Shown: positions 13,012 through 26,871, counted from the stretch's first letter. The stretch: DNA of 64,000 nucleotides from Vicugna vicugna (GCA_013265495.1 MU058844.1:1184941-1248940); one strand, 5' to 3'. Notes: a model not told the origin generated them from the letters alone. Made by a program: numbers and translations.

Positions 13012-15198
13012 TGATGTAGTATTAGCATGTCTATAAATTCTTTACCAGATAAAGAAATCCAGAAGTGAAGTCCACATCGCACCACTTCCTTAAACCTGCC
13101 AGGTCTTTGTGACTGCCTTGACAATAGAATGCCAGGGAGGAGATCCTGGGTGACTTCTGAGTCTAGGTTGGAAAAGTTCATGGGGTTTCTGCCATTGTCT
13201 CCTGGGACAGTCACTCGGGGAGCTTTTACCCCCATGGAAGAAGTTCATCTACCCTATATCCATCACACAGAAAGACCATATGGAAATACCAAATTGAGAA
13301 AATGTCACCCAAGAGGCTTCCCAGTAGATGTCAATTATGAGTAATGAAGCCTTAGTGATCATTCCAGTCCCAGGCACTGTTACAACCTCAAAAGATTCTG
13401 AGTGAGAACTGCCTACTTAAGCCCAGTCAACCCCAGATTTGTGAGCAAAATAAGTGTTATTATTGTTTTGAGCCACTGTTGGAGATGTTTTGTACATGGA
13501 AATAGATAATTGGAGCAAATTTGTTATCAAAACTAACAAACAGCAAAACTGTCACCTGTCATGGAAAATACAAAAGATACCTAATGAACTGGTAGAGTTG
13601 GCTAAGAAGAATTCCAGCCAGAATATTGAAAATGCCAAATGGCTTCTTTTAGTCATATATATAAGTATGTAGAGAGATGAGTTTAAAAATGGAGCTGTTT
13701 AATTTTCAAGAAAACTTAAAAGAAAATACATAAAAGATCCAGTACTTGTTACACTCAAATATAAAATTGTTTTTCATTCCTAGTCTCTCCATACAGCAGA
13801 GGATTCTCAAACTAAGAAAGGGTGACCAAAGAGTCTTTGTTAATACCTTAGAAAGATTTAGGGTAATGTCTCATAGACCCTTTGAAACAAATTTCCTCCG
13901 AGAATCTTATGGGCGTGCCAGACAGACCCTCTTAGTTAAAGAGTGGGGCTTCTAATAATCTTAAAGTAATGATCCCATAGCAGCTTTACAAGAATCCCAA
14001 GGTAGACAAGGACTTATATCAGAAAGATTTGTAGGGATGTTTTTGTCTAATGGAGCATAAGAATGATAAGAAGTCAACAGAGATTTGTTTTGTTTTGGTT
14101 TTGGTTTGTTTTCTTTTTTATTGAGATATAATTGACATATAACATTTTTATTTCAGGTGTATATCATGATTCAGTACTTGTGTATATTGTGAAATGATCA
14201 CCTCAGTAAGTCTAGTTAACATCCATCACAACATATAGTTATTTTTTTTTAACAAGAAAAATACAGTGACAAGATTGTATGGATTAACATTTTGACAGCA
14301 TGGACTAAAAGGGACAGAAACAGTATGAAACTAAGAAGGAACTGGCGATGTTTACCTGGCTGGATTTCAAAATTGCTATGAACCAGTGACTATTATGTAA
14401 TTCCATATTCCCCTGTTGTCAGCAAGAATGTCCATAGTGATTATCCAATGTATATCACACCATTGTGTGTTGGGTACATAGGTCTTCGTTCACAGGTCTT
14501 TAGACTGAGGGGAGCAATACACAAGAAACCTCACCCAAGGGACTTCATTTATAACTAGATCTGATTTAGATGGTAAAATTCTGGATTTTGAACCTAAGCC
14601 TGATGAGACATTGGGGTGTCCTGGAAGGGGTGAATTTGTGGATGTTTTTTGAATGTGGAGGAAATATAAATAATTTGTGGCCAGTAGATACACTTTGGAA
14701 TTTTAAAACATGGTCACAATTTTTTGACACTCCTTCCATCAAGTGATGGAGTCTAATTTCTGTCTTCCTTGAATATGGACTGACTTTACTAACCCATTTT
14801 TGAAAAATAGAATGGGATGGAACTGATGATGTATTAATTCCAAGCCTAGGTCTTAAAAGATAATCATCCTGTCTCCCTCTTCGAGCACTCATTCTTGTAA
14901 CCCCCGCCCCCACCCCAATCTTGTGAGAAAGCCCAGGTCAAATGGAGAGTCCCAAATGGAAATGAACCAAGGACCTAAGCCCTCAGCCCCAGCTGAGCTC
15001 CCAACTTATAAGCCATATGATCCACTTTGGAAGTAAATGTTCCAGTTCTCCATCAAGCCGATACCACATGGAACAGAGACAAGTCTTCCCAGACAAGCCC
15101 TGCCTAAACTGCAGATTTGTTTGCAAAATAAATGACTGTTGTTTCTTTAAACCATTAAATTTAGGGTGGTTTGATACATATCAATAATAATAGGAATA
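13012..15198 (+). mobile_element. MaLR (MLT1G/H-like) provirus relic: LTR 13012-13517, internal region, LTR 14694-15198
   Basis: Both LTRs end with the MLT1 tail 'cagatttgt..gcaaaataa...aatagataa..ggaaca'-like; internal 'cctaatgaactggtagagttggctaag' resembles MLT1-int; 5-bp TSD ATTTC at 13007-13011 and 15199-15203. Confidence 0.8.
14085..14250 (-). mobile_element. Short L1 3' end inserted in the MLT1 internal region
   Basis: (GTTTT)n tail then 'ttattgagatataattgacatataaca...tctagttaacatccatca'. Confidence 0.8.
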
Positions 15199-15221
15199 AT
15201 TTCTATTGTCAAATATATATA

Positions 15222-15421
15222 CTGTTCACCCTTGAACAACACATGGGTTAGGGGTGCTGACCCTCAGTGCAGTTAAAAATCCACATACAACTTTACAGTT
15301 GGTAAGTCTTCTAATTCAACCAACTACAGATCATGTAGTACTGTAGTATTTGCTATTGGAAAAAACCCACTGTAAGTGGACATGCGCGTTGAAACCCATG
15401 TTGTTTAAGGAAGGTCAACTG
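15222..15421. mobile_element. Tigger2/MER8-like TcMar MITE
   Basis: Terminal inverted repeats ctgttcacccttgaacaac / gttgtttaaggaaggtcaactg, flanked by TA. Confidence 0.85.
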
Positions 15422-15429
15422 TATATATA

Positions 15430-15670
15430 TCTGGCATTTATTGAGAAATTACTATTGACTAGGCCCTATTCTATATGTATTACATATATTACTCATTTAA
15501 TTCTCATAAGAACTCCACAAGGAAAATGCCTTAATACCCCCATTTCGTAAATAAGGAGGAAGTAGATAAGGCATGAAGAAGTTGACAAAGTAACTTGACA
15601 AGACCATATAGCCAGAGGGCCCACACCATTGACCCAGATAGTCCAGAGTGTATAACCACTGTACTCCTCT
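15430..15670 (-). mobile_element. MIR SINE
   Basis: 'actcatttaattctcataagaactcc...aaataaggagga...taacttg', antisense MIR. Confidence 0.7.
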
Positions 15671-15822
15671 TATAATAGCATTGTCTACTTCAATTTTTCT
15701 ACTCACCATTAATACTAGGTAGCGTCTTCTCCATAACTCTAGCCTTTACCTTCAGTTGAGGGAACTTCATGCTCCTAATAGGCAGACTACAGTTTAGATT
15801 TTGTTCCTAAATGCCAGATTTG

Positions 15823-16044
15823 CTAAGATCAGCCAACTATGGCCATTGAGGCAAATCTGATCTGCTACCTGCTTTTATAAATAAACTTTTTTTTTTCAAT
15901 CCAGCCACAGTCACTTATCCATGTTTTGTCATGTTTGCTTTTGCACTACACGGCAGAGTTGAGTGTTGTGAAAGAGACCATATGGCCCACAAAGCCTAAA
16001 ATATTACTATCTGATCCTTTACAAAAGAAGTTTGCTGACTCCTG
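15823..16044 (+). mobile_element. MER58A hAT-Charlie MITE
   Basis: 'ggcagagttgagt...gagaccatatggcccacaaagcctaaaatattactatctg...aagtttgctgactcctg' matches recalled MER58A; ~222 bp. Confidence 0.88.
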
Positions 16045-17869
16045 ACTTAGATCACTGAAGATCCCTCTCTCACTGAATTTATATGTCATAAATAGAGAAC
16101 ATGAGAATTGTAGACAGACAGGTTTGGACTAAAGCTCACCTCTGTTACCTATACGTGACCTTGGGAGAATCTCTTAACTCCTCTGAATCTTAGTTTTACA
16201 AAAATTGGAGAGAATAGTAAAACCTCTTTATGTCTTAACCATGCTAAGATACTGACATATAAAATATTACTAATGTGTTAAAAGTTTTACCAGTCTTTCA
16301 TGATTAGAGCCAAATTTAAGGGATCATATAATTAGAGGCAAAGGAAATCAAAGATGCTTAATATTTCATTTTAATGTTTATTCATGGTGTTCATAACTGT
16401 TAGGGCACGAAAAGAAGAAACAGTGGGGACAGTGTCTGTTAGGTGTAAGACCCAGGTGGGGAATCAATGTTCTGTCAAAGTCTAGGTGGTGACTTCTATA
16501 GTCCAGATTTTTTAAGAAAAATCCTACAGACAGAGATGGCTTCACAGGAAACAGTTTTCCAACACCAAATTTCTGATTGATTAAATGTCAAAATTTGAAG
16601 AAAGAACTCTTGGTTGCTTATTAAGCTAAAAAATTGTATTTTCCCTACTAAAATGGAGTATTTTTCTTTTAGAATATGAGTAAATTTAGAATCCCAAAGG
16701 CAGAGTGACTTGACCTGATTAAAAGTAGTTTTTCCTCACGTCTACAGATAGTCCAAGCAACTGTCAGCATGTGAGTTATTTCATCGTTCCAGTCAAAATG
16801 ATTCTATATCATGGGGGTTGGGATTTTAGAAATTGATCTAAGTGTCTGAATTAACTGTTTCCATTCATTGGAGAGGTGAGCAGTTGCATTCTGCGTTCTT
16901 GGGGGAAATATGAGAATGTGGTTCTAGGGGAGAGACTTCAGGGGCATCCACTTTCTTTGTAGTTGTTGCTGGGAGACTTTTTTCTGTCCTCAGTGTGAGA
17001 GCTGTGGAATCAGAGCACGTCCCAGGTCCCAGGTGACACAGGCCAGTTTTGCAGGTACTGATGGTGTATCTGTCTCATGGGGGTGACAGTCAGAAGTGTG
17101 GGAGAGGCTGTGCTCTGAGAGAGGGGCTGGAGCCTGTCACACACAAGGGGTGTGAGATGAACAGCGATGACCGCAGGGGGCTTGATGAGGCAGGTTGAGT
17201 GAGAGAACTGTCTGAACATCACATTTGAACTGCTGTGCGGATTCTGGTTTTTCTCACTCTAGTTTCTTTTCTTTCCCTGTTTTCACTTGTCACACACATA
17301 AAGGGCAGTGAAATGCCAACCTGACCCAACTGAAAGGCCTGCACATATGAAACTGTAAAAGAAGATAAAGATTAGACACATGTGGAGATGGCTTAGAGAC
17401 TCTTGATAGCATACTTTATGTTCCTGGTAAACCTTTTACCTAGGGAAAAAAAGCACTCATTTAATAGACACGGGCTCCTTGGAAGGAAGGAAGGAAAGAA
17501 GAAAAAAAAGAAAAATAGACACAATTTAATCTCAAATCATCACACTTTTTGTATTGTACTGTTCCAATGCATTAGTTCATGAAAGAAATCACAAAACCTA
17601 AATTTAGGAAATTCCTTAGAAGTCATTTTGTCTTAATTTGGATGCATGCAGAACTCTTCTGTGTAACTACCAGGGGAGATGCATTAATTCATTCAATGAC
17701 GTTTTTTCAGTTTGATCTGTATGTATTGTTCCAGGCAAAGATTTGAACAAAAAAAGACAAACATTGTTGCCTTAATGAAGTCAGCTTACATTCCAGGACC
17801 TGTGCTTGAACATTTCCAGTGACCAAAAGCTATCAGTTTAGGAGGGAGTTAGTCAGTTTTTGAGATTTT

Positions 17870-18110
17870 TATTTATTAACAGACTGTTATGGAGCAGTGT
17901 TTTAAGCACTTTACAAGTATTAACTCATTTAATGCCCTTAATAAGGTAGTTGCTATTATTGTCAACATCCCTCTTCTACAGATGAGCAAATTGAGGCACA
18001 AAGACTTTAAGGAATGTCACAGGACCACATGCATCCAAGCCACAGGGCCAAGATTTGAACCCAGCAGTCCGGGTTTGGAGTCTGGATTCTTAACTATTAG
18101 GCTATGCTCC
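17870..18110 (-). mobile_element. MIR SINE
   Basis: 'taagcactttacaagtattaactcatttaat...cagatgagcaaattgaggcaca...gatttgaacccag'. Confidence 0.85.
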
Positions 18111-20263
18111 CAACATTTGGCTAATTTATATTTATGACTTGGTTCTTTTTTTCTTGATGTTGGTATCCCTTACCTTAAAACATTTAGCCTGTTTATATCT
18201 TACCCATGGGATCTTCTTCTTTATACCCTTATTCACTGGATGCAACCAGACAAAGGCAATACCTGACTCTCTTGAATTATGTGATTATATAGGATGAGAC
18301 AACACTTCCTTTAGAGGTAAGGGCCCCCTTGTCCCACCACTCTCCCTGTCCACATGAAAGGGCAGTCCCTGTGCATAGTAGGTACTCAGTGAGTGATAAC
18401 TCTAACCAGTAATTCAGGGTTTCTGGCTCATTGATGCCTCAAAGTCCCCAGTTTAGCCTCCTTTTTCTGTTATCCAGGAGAGGAAGCCAATCAGACTTTA
18501 TTGGACACATTTTCAAAATTTTCCCTGAAAGCAGAATTTAATATTGGAAGAGGACCTCATAGGGCTAAGAGGAGAGGTATTGTCATCACCAACAATGGAA
18601 AAAGGAGAGAATGAGGAAGTTTGGGACCTGGAAAAACTCATTCATTTGGGACATCTTGAAGGCTGCCTTCCATAGGAGCCCAAGCAATTAACCAATTCGT
18701 CACCACATGTAGAAGTAAAACAGCTCTACTGAGGCAGGTATATTGCCTTAGGTCTGAACAAAAAAATCATCTATGCTAGTCCATCATGGAATAAGAAGTA
18801 AGAGGGAGCTAGATAGAATTTTGAATAAGGCTACAATACTTTTAAAGTTTTGGGGTCAACTCATCAGATGGCTTAATCATCTATCTAAAAGGAATATAAA
18901 GAATGCCAGATGCCTTCACCCTTCAAAAGGAATAGTCTCAAAATACCTTCTAACATCAACCCCAGTGATCTCTGGATTATCATTCATGACTCCTCTTCCT
19001 GTCATTGAGGAGATTAATCTAGTCAGCTTTCTTTACTGGCTTACTACTTTACTGGTTTCAGAGTTCTCTGCCAATGAGACTCAGCCAAGGTGACTTCCTT
19101 TCTCTTACCCAGTCCTCCTACCTGCAGATCTGGTCTGTGGAAAGTATAATTCCTCTTGCATCCTCTCTTCTGCTCCATCATTCCAAATAAGAGGCTCTGA
19201 CCTACGTAGAATTACCCACCTTTTCTGCTCATGTAAATCCTTCTTTAAAGTTTGTCTTCTTTTGCAGACACTTCCTGGGTATTCTTCTGAACACAACTTG
19301 CTGCTCCCCACTTCAATTCCACCCTGCCCATAGAACCATTACTTTAACTAGCAAACCAGTGGGCTCAGTGAACGTTTCCATGCAGAGTGGTTGTCACAGC
19401 TGTTTTGAAAACCAATCTAGTTAAAATAGCCAACATGTAAGTATCTAGAAAGCAAAACTAACAGCTACTTAATGTGGACATTCCAAAGACTATTTGTGTA
19501 AGTTTGTGAAAGACAGTGTCCTTTTAAATTTTTTCACACAACATGGTACTTAATTTTTGTTCAATAAAACCTTGAGAAAGCCATACACATGTGCAAGAAT
19601 AGTTTTTGAAATTATAAATTTTAGATTCCTTGACACTAATCCATGAAACATTACTTTTTCTAAGTAAATAATACTTGGCAAAAATAATTTGAGGCATTTG
19701 CCACAATCTCTCAAAGAATCTGGCTCAGAATCTGAGTCCTGGGACCAAGCACAGATACTCATAACCCAGGTGGGTTCCTATTTCATCCAAACAAGTTTGT
19801 TTTTCTTTTTCCTGGCTGGATATTTTTAAGGGCCTGCTGATTATTAGTCAGGGAAGAAGAGTGTTGTAGGCCATTAACTTAAAAAAAAGAAGAAGAAGAA
19901 AAAGAAGAAGACATTTCTTCTCTTGAATTTTCCCCAAATGCTTTGGATGAATTTCTATCACGTTATTGGTTGAATATATTCTTACCATGATAATCCACTT
20001 TTAGTAGCTTCATTTACATTAGCTGTCACTCTGGAGAGCCATAGTAGTAGGCCGCTGAATTACCCAGGAGAAATTACTCTTGAAAGTAATCATTGTGCAT
20101 GAATTTTCATCACTTGGTCTCATCATTTCATGCTGTTTTGTCCCTTTCTTTTTTGCCCCTGACAAAAGTTAAGCACAAAGAGGCCTTTTGTTATTACCTC
20201 ATTTTCTTTAGAAAACAGTCTTATTAATCTTAGCAGTCAGTTTATACAGACAACCAAAGGGTC

Positions 20264-20310
20264 TCTCTCTCCTTCTCTCTCTTTCTCTCTTTCTTTCTCA
20301 CACACACCCA
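20264..20310. repeat. (CT)n/(CA)n compound microsatellite
   Basis: tctctctctccttctctctctttctctctttctttctcacacacac. Confidence 0.8.
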
Positions 20311-20569
20311 CCCACAGAGTTTTTGAAATGTGTTTTATCTTGTTGTGGTGAACATTGTTTTATTTTACTTCTCAATATCTCATGTAAATTTGGTATTTGG
20401 TTTTCATATAACCTAGTTGGTGCAAGGTTTATGTTTTAAGTACAGGGCCTTGTTTTAAGCAGAATTATACTGGGTTTATTTCAAGTTACCAACAGACAAA
20501 AAACTTAAAATTTTAAACTCTTAGGGAAAAGAACCTAAAATAAATAAAGAATTAATATTAATAAAAAAT

Positions 20570-20810
20570 ATTTAGCAAGTACTTAGTGTCAGGCCCTATT
20601 TTAAGAGATTGTTAAAGGGGATTTTTGTTATTGTTGTTTGTTAATTTTGTTTTATTTCATTTGCCCCCATGAGTTTGGTGCTATAACTTTTGTTATTTCC
20701 CTAATTTTTTAAGTGAGGAAACAGGATTTTAGAGGATAGGTAACTTGCCCAAACTCACACAGTTATCAGTGGATCTAGAATTATAACCCCAAAAATCTGA
20801 TTTCTTAATC
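20570..20810 (-). mobile_element. MIR SINE
   Basis: 'gtgaggaaacagga...taacttgcccaaactcacacag'. Confidence 0.65.
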
Positions 20811-21319
20811 TTTCTACTATATTCCCTTATATGGTATCTGCTAAGGAAAACTAAAGTGAATGAAAAAAAGAAATTAAAATTCTAGGTAGTTATTATTTTA
20901 CGTGGGATTATAAAGCAACAGATAATGACTGTCCTAGTTGTTGAACTGTTGAAAACATTTCTCCCAAAATATAATTTACCGTCTATTGAAAATGATATTG
21001 GGTTTTCACATGGTGCCCAAAAGCTGGAAGATTTGAATTTTTTTGTTTGTTTTTTTGTTTTTCTTTTAAAGTATCTAAAGAATGGGCCAACAATGAGATA
21101 ACCATTGGGGAAAACAGACACCAACAGCTGTTTTCTTCTTGTGTTCAGGGTCATATTCAGCAGCATAAAGTCAGAGTTTTATGGATTGAGAAACTGGTAA
21201 AAATTTCAGCCAGACCCTATTTTTAAAATTTAAGCTTAAAGTAATATAGAATGATTACAAATGTTATCTTCTTTAATTGTTAAATTTGGTTATCAGTACT
21301 GTTTCCAGATGTCCATTCT

Positions 21320-21600
21320 ACATTTAATCCTCTCAACAGATGGCTGTTGACACCTGCTCCAGGCCCAGCTCTGTTAAGGCTCCAGGAATATAGTGGTTAA
21401 CAGAACAGATAACTGACTTTTAGAGATTCTTTTCCACTGAGGGAAACACTGATTGAACAAACTGAAAAATAAACAAGTAATACAACATCAGGAAGTGGTA
21501 AATTCAATGAAGAAAAAAAAATACAGCTGGGTAAAGAGGTAGAGACCAGGTAATCAGTGAAGGCTTCTCAGATACAGGGACATTTAAAGGTCTTTTCTAA
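21320..21600 (-). mobile_element. L2 3' fragment
   Basis: 'acacctgctccaggcccagctctgttaaggctccaggaatatagtggttaacagaacag...aaacaagtaa', antisense L2 pattern. Confidence 0.65.
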
Positions 21601-22589
21601 GGTCACAGAATCAGTGTAGAAGGGTGATGGGATACTTCACAAGCTGAGGCGTGGGAGGAGCCTTTCTGCACATTTTTAAGATTTGAATGTGAGCACATTG
21701 CATTTTTAACTCTCTGCCACTACCAGCCCCTCCCTCCAAATACTGTTCTCTTAAAACTCCATTCAGAGTGTAAGTTAATGGTTGCTTTGCAAAGGGCTGG
21801 CCCTTTTTTTTCTTTTTAAGGTTTAGTTGTTTTATTTTCCACATCTGGAAAAAGAAATACAGTTTAACCAAATATTTGTGAATTCTTTTTCATTTTATAA
21901 ATATTATTAAAATTCCAATGTGCTTCGATGAGCCATTTGACGTTTTTATTTTTCCAAGCGTTTGCTAATTTAGTTTCTGACATGAGACGTGGTTTTTCTT
22001 TCACGGTTTTTTAGGAGTAGGGTGCTTTGACAAATGCCTTGCCATTCAATACAGATAAACTTAGTTTGACTTCAGCATTAATGATAAAAAAAGCTGGAGA
22101 ATTCCAGCTTGTATTTATAAACATCCACCTTAAAATCTAGTCATTTGTAAAAACAGTTAAAAGAATCCCAAACTTTAACTTCCACCGAGGTCTTCTTTTT
22201 ATGAGCCCTCATTGAGTCAGCTGCTCTTCCTTGGGATTTTTAACCCCGAATTCAGTACTCTTCCCTCTAACCATGTTGGGGAAACTCATAAAGCCGCTAT
22301 GTGTTGTGTCATAGATTTCACAGAGCTTCTGCAGCCTTCTTTCCCTATGAGAATGGTTGGAGCAGCACTGAGGTCTTTTGTAGCTCTGTTTTTCAAAGAT
22401 TTTCCTATGTGTCACACAGCAGCTGCACTCACCGTGAATGGGTGCGGAGCTGGGAGCAAGGCATTCAAAGGTTGAAGGGTAAGCTCGAGGGTTAAAGAAT
22501 TACAGCACCTAAAGGCCAGTGACCTCAATGGAGTCATGACTGATGTCAGGCACACTGCATACCTGAGTAGTCCAGGCAAAGAAAGCTTA

Positions 22590-23100
22590 CTTTTGTCTGT
22601 TTGGTATCCATTCCTTTCCAATGCCTTGATTTTCCTTTGGGGAACATTCCTTCTCCTCTGTGACGTCTCAGATTGAGTGGGACTGACATCTTTCCCTGAA
22701 CCTCTTGAGGTGACTCAATAACCAGAACTGGTCGATTCAGAGCATTTGACCCCCTACCTCAGGATGGGCACCTGACCCAGGTCAGTGCAGTGATAGGTAA
22801 AACCAGACCTTTAGCTGGACCGTGGGGAGAAAGTATTCCCTTTCTGGGAGTACTAAGATGGTATTCTATGCGTCTGAAGCTGCCAGCAGCTGTTTTGCTA
22901 CCTAATTGGGGGTGAACCTGTCTTAAAAGGAATCTAATAGAATGGAAAGCATGCGAAAGAGGTTGAGGATGACAGACCACATTCTATAACATGCCTGGTT
23001 CTTGGATCCAGCTAGTTCTGAAGCCAGTTTTACTCACGAACTTCTCAGTTTTCTGAGATCATAATTCCTTGCAATTTGATCTGGGTTTATGTCAGCTGAA
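22590..23100 (+). mobile_element. Ancient MaLR/ERVL LTR (MLT1J/K/L-like)
   Basis: 'ggatgggcacctgacccagg', 'ggatccagctagttctgaagcc...acttctcagtt' hallmarks. Confidence 0.6.
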
Positions 23101-23579
23101 GGACTCATGTTTAGAGACTAAGGGAGGGCCATGGAACTGGCAGGCAAGAAATCTGTCAAAGCAGAATGAAGCAAAAAGACCTAGGTAACCAATGGCTTGA
23201 GATTCACACAGCTGCATATTTTGAGATAATCGTACCAGGTAACAAAAACACCAGCCCTAATCCGGATCCTAGGGTAAGGGCTACTTGCCCTCTGGCCTCC
23301 TAATTTTTGCATGATGGCTCTACAGATACCTAGGACTCAACTGCAGCTAGAGAGAGAATCTACTGAGGTGCACATAATCTAGTCCTGGCTGAAGCGAGAT
23401 AAGGAAAATTAGAATTATTAGGTGATTCTTCCCATCCCAAGCAGTAAAAAGATTTTAAGACAAGCCTAGAGTTTTTGCTACTTATTACATGTGATCACCA
23501 GTAAAGCGTTTCATGCTTTCTGAGCTTATTTTCCTCCTTGATAAAATCAAGAAAAGTTCTACTACTTAACCCTCACAGC

Positions 23580-23698
23580 AGTTCTAGTGTTATCCAAACT
23601 GGGACACTTCTGAGAACAGAGGAGTATTCATCATGATGATGGGCTAGCCAGCCTCAGTTAGGACGGTCCCAGGCAGCTCAGGACCTGTGGGCACCCCC
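23580..23698 (+). mobile_element. MER94-like hAT-Blackjack MITE, degraded
   Basis: 'tccaaactgggacacttctgaga...ggacggtcccaggc...ggacctgtgggcaccc'. Confidence 0.55.
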
Positions 23699-24126
23699 TT
23701 TCTTAGTAAGTCCTCCTGGTTCTTTCCTGACTGGGTTTTTCACCTCTACCTTCTGCCTTCAATCATCTTTTTTAGAAAAAGAGAGCATTCTGGATGACTT
23801 CTTTTTTGCTGTATATACAGCTGGCTACATCATGGTGCTACTATGAGCCAGGCCCTGTTTTATATTCACTGTGTCTCATTGCATCTTCCTGACATTTCTG
23901 TGAGGTTAAAATGACTTAGGGACAAGGATCAGCCCTAGAGCAGTTGAATACTTGCCCCTTGCACAGCCAGGCAGCAGCGGGCCTGCCATACAGAGCAGGC
24001 GATCGGAAGCCAGAACCTTTACTCTTCTCACAGTGCCTGGCTGCCTCTGTGTCTCTCTGTCTTTTACATGTGCAGGTGGGAAGCCAGCCTCATTCTCCTC
24101 TGCATCCTTTAAAGTCTGGGGGCTTA

Positions 24127-24961
24127 ATAAAAAAGACTGAAATCTTGCCATTGCAACAACATGGATGGACCTAGAAAATATTATGCTGAATGAAATAAGT
24201 CAGCCAGAGAAAGACAAATACTCTATGAGTTCACTTAACATGTGGAATCTAAATAGCAAAACAAATGAACAAACATAACTAAACAGAAACAGAGTCATAG
24301 ATACAGAGAACAAACAGGTGGTTGCCAGAGGGGAGGGTGGTTTGGGGAGGAGAGAAGTAGGTGAGGGAGATTAAGAGGTACAAACTTCCAATTGCAAAAT
24401 AAATTAGTCACGGGTATGAAATGTACAATGTGGGGAATATAATCAATAATATATAATATCTTTGGTGACAGATGGTTAACTAGACTTATGACGGTGATCA
24501 CTTTGAAACGTATAGAAATACCAAATCACTATGCTGAGTAACAAGAACTACTAACATGATGTTGTAGGTCAATTTTATTTCAAAAACAAACAAACAAACA
24601 AAACTCATAGAAAAAGAGATCTGATTTGTGATTGCCAGAGGTGAGGGGGAGAGGGAATTGGACGAAAGTAGTCAAAAGGTACAAACTTCCAGTTACGAGG
24701 TAAATAAGTACTAGAGACGTAATGTACAACATGATAAATACAGTTAACACTGCTGTGTGTTATATATGAAAGTTGTTAAGAGAGTAAATCTTGAGAGTTC
24801 TCATCACAGAGAAAAATATTTTTTTCTTTTTCTTTGTGTATCTATATGAGATGGTGGATGTTCACCAAACTCATTGTGTTAATCATATCATGTTGCATGT
24901 AAGTCAGATCATTATGCCTTACAGCTGTATGTCAATCATCTCTCAATAAAACTGGAAGAAA
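24127..24961 (+). mobile_element. L1 3' region with two tandem 3'UTR modules
   Basis: 'gcaacaacatggatggacctagaa' (ORF2 end); AATAAA near 24945; TSD aaagtctgggggctta (24111-24126) / aaagtctggtggctta (24962-24977) at a TT/AAAG site. Confidence 0.92.
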
Positions 24962-26871
24962 AAAGTCTGGTGGCTTATAGTCTTCAAAGGCAAAGATAAA
25001 ATTTTTTTAAAATCAGAGATCTGCCTCAAAGTCTTTCCACTTTGGCTCCTGAAGGCTGTGCTAATAAAAAAACAAGGGAGTCTCCTTTAAGTGTCAGTGG
25101 AGCCTGTTTCTTTGGGCTCCAAATGGAAATCCCCTTCCAGGTCTCCTGTGGCCCGAGCTCAGCCACCTGTCACAGAGCCTCCTAGAAGGTGACAATGAAA
25201 GTGAGCTCTCAGATCCATCCTGAGAATCTCCTGGAAGCAGTGGCAGGCTGGTGTGTTTGACACCAGACTGAAGCATTTTCTACAACCTTCTCCTGTCTTC
25301 TACAAATTTATTTTCAGCAATAATCCTATAATAATCAGTAAAAAATTATTCTTTTCTTGATTTGTTCTTTAGTTGTAAAGCAAATGCCAAATTTAAAAAG
25401 AAGAAAAAATTATGCTTTAAATGATACTATTAAGCTTGGGAAAATATTCCATGTATTAAAAACTTGTACTTCTAAAATAAAAATATTACAACTTGCAGTT
25501 CATGCTGCTTTACTGCTTGAAATTTTAAACACAGATTAAAAACTCCGTGCCATCCCATAGAACGACAGAACTGAAGCAACCCCAGTTCTGTGTCTTTGAC
25601 TTTACAGTGACTGTATTATTTTTGTTAATTTTGAATCTGAGATATGAAAGCAGGAATACATGCTACCATAGCACCACACAGATCAGGGTTATGAACTTAC
25701 CCCAAGCATTTACCTGAGTCCATGTGAGTTGGGGGCTGACTGCAGACCTGGATGTTTTCCAAAATAATTTTTATGTCAGATTCAATATTTATTAAATGAT
25801 AAATAATGAAAATGTGCTAATTTGAAGCTTATCTATATATTATACAACTCACTGATAACCACAGTAATTACTTAAAGCATAGACCAAGAAAAGATTTTTC
25901 TCAAGGAGGCATAATTTTTGCCACTGATATTGTTTAGAATTGTGATGCATGGCAATAATGGTAACAGACTGGATTATTTTTGCTTTCAGATTCTCTACAG
26001 ATAGTGTAGTCTCATATTGCCTAGACCAGAGCTTCCCATGGCCCTGAACTTGGAGCCTGGCTGCCTGGAAGAAATGAAGGTTAGTGTTCAAAAGTATTCA
26101 CATAATCCTGATCATTCCAATTTTATCCATCAAATGTTATCTGTCATAAAGAAATGTGCATAGGAAAAAATGTTCACAACTTCTGAGGGAACTTGAGAGT
26201 GCTTTGTTATAAAGTGCTCTTGTTGGGTCCTAGATATTCACAGGCTGACGGCCTGGATTTCTCCCAAATAATGCCCTACCCACCACCAGCAGGACAGTTA
26301 TCCTCATCCACATGCACCACCACCCATCTTCACATACGTTTAATCAAAATTCTGAATTTTGAGCTAGAATCAATGTGAATATATAACATTTAGACTAACT
26401 GATGAGTGACTCCTTAATTCTTTATGTAATTGACAGTGAAGACTTGTAGATGGTCTGTCTGCTTGATTTCATAGCTACCCAAAGGTTTTAATCAGCACTC
26501 AGAGTTTGATTTTGATCACCCCAGCTCAACCTAAACTGGAACTTCAGCTCAGAGTGCTCAGGCAATGAGTTCTTTGGATCTTGTGCCTGGGAACTAAGAA
26601 ATAGAGAGATAGTGACTTTGTTCCTTTTATGGGGAAATCCTCTTCTCAGCAGCCTTGCTAAAAACGCTGCCTCCCAATCTGTGAGATTCCAAGGGGGAAG
26701 AAAAGAGCTAACTCCGTGTGCATTAGAGCAGGAAATGTGCAGAGCAGAAAGAGAAGATGCACTCAGGCCCCGTTCCCAGGATTATGGGGGCATGGGAGAA
26801 AATGTAACAAATGTGCAGGTGAGAGAGACTATGGAAAGATGTGCTTTGTGGGAAAGTGGCCACAATTATAA

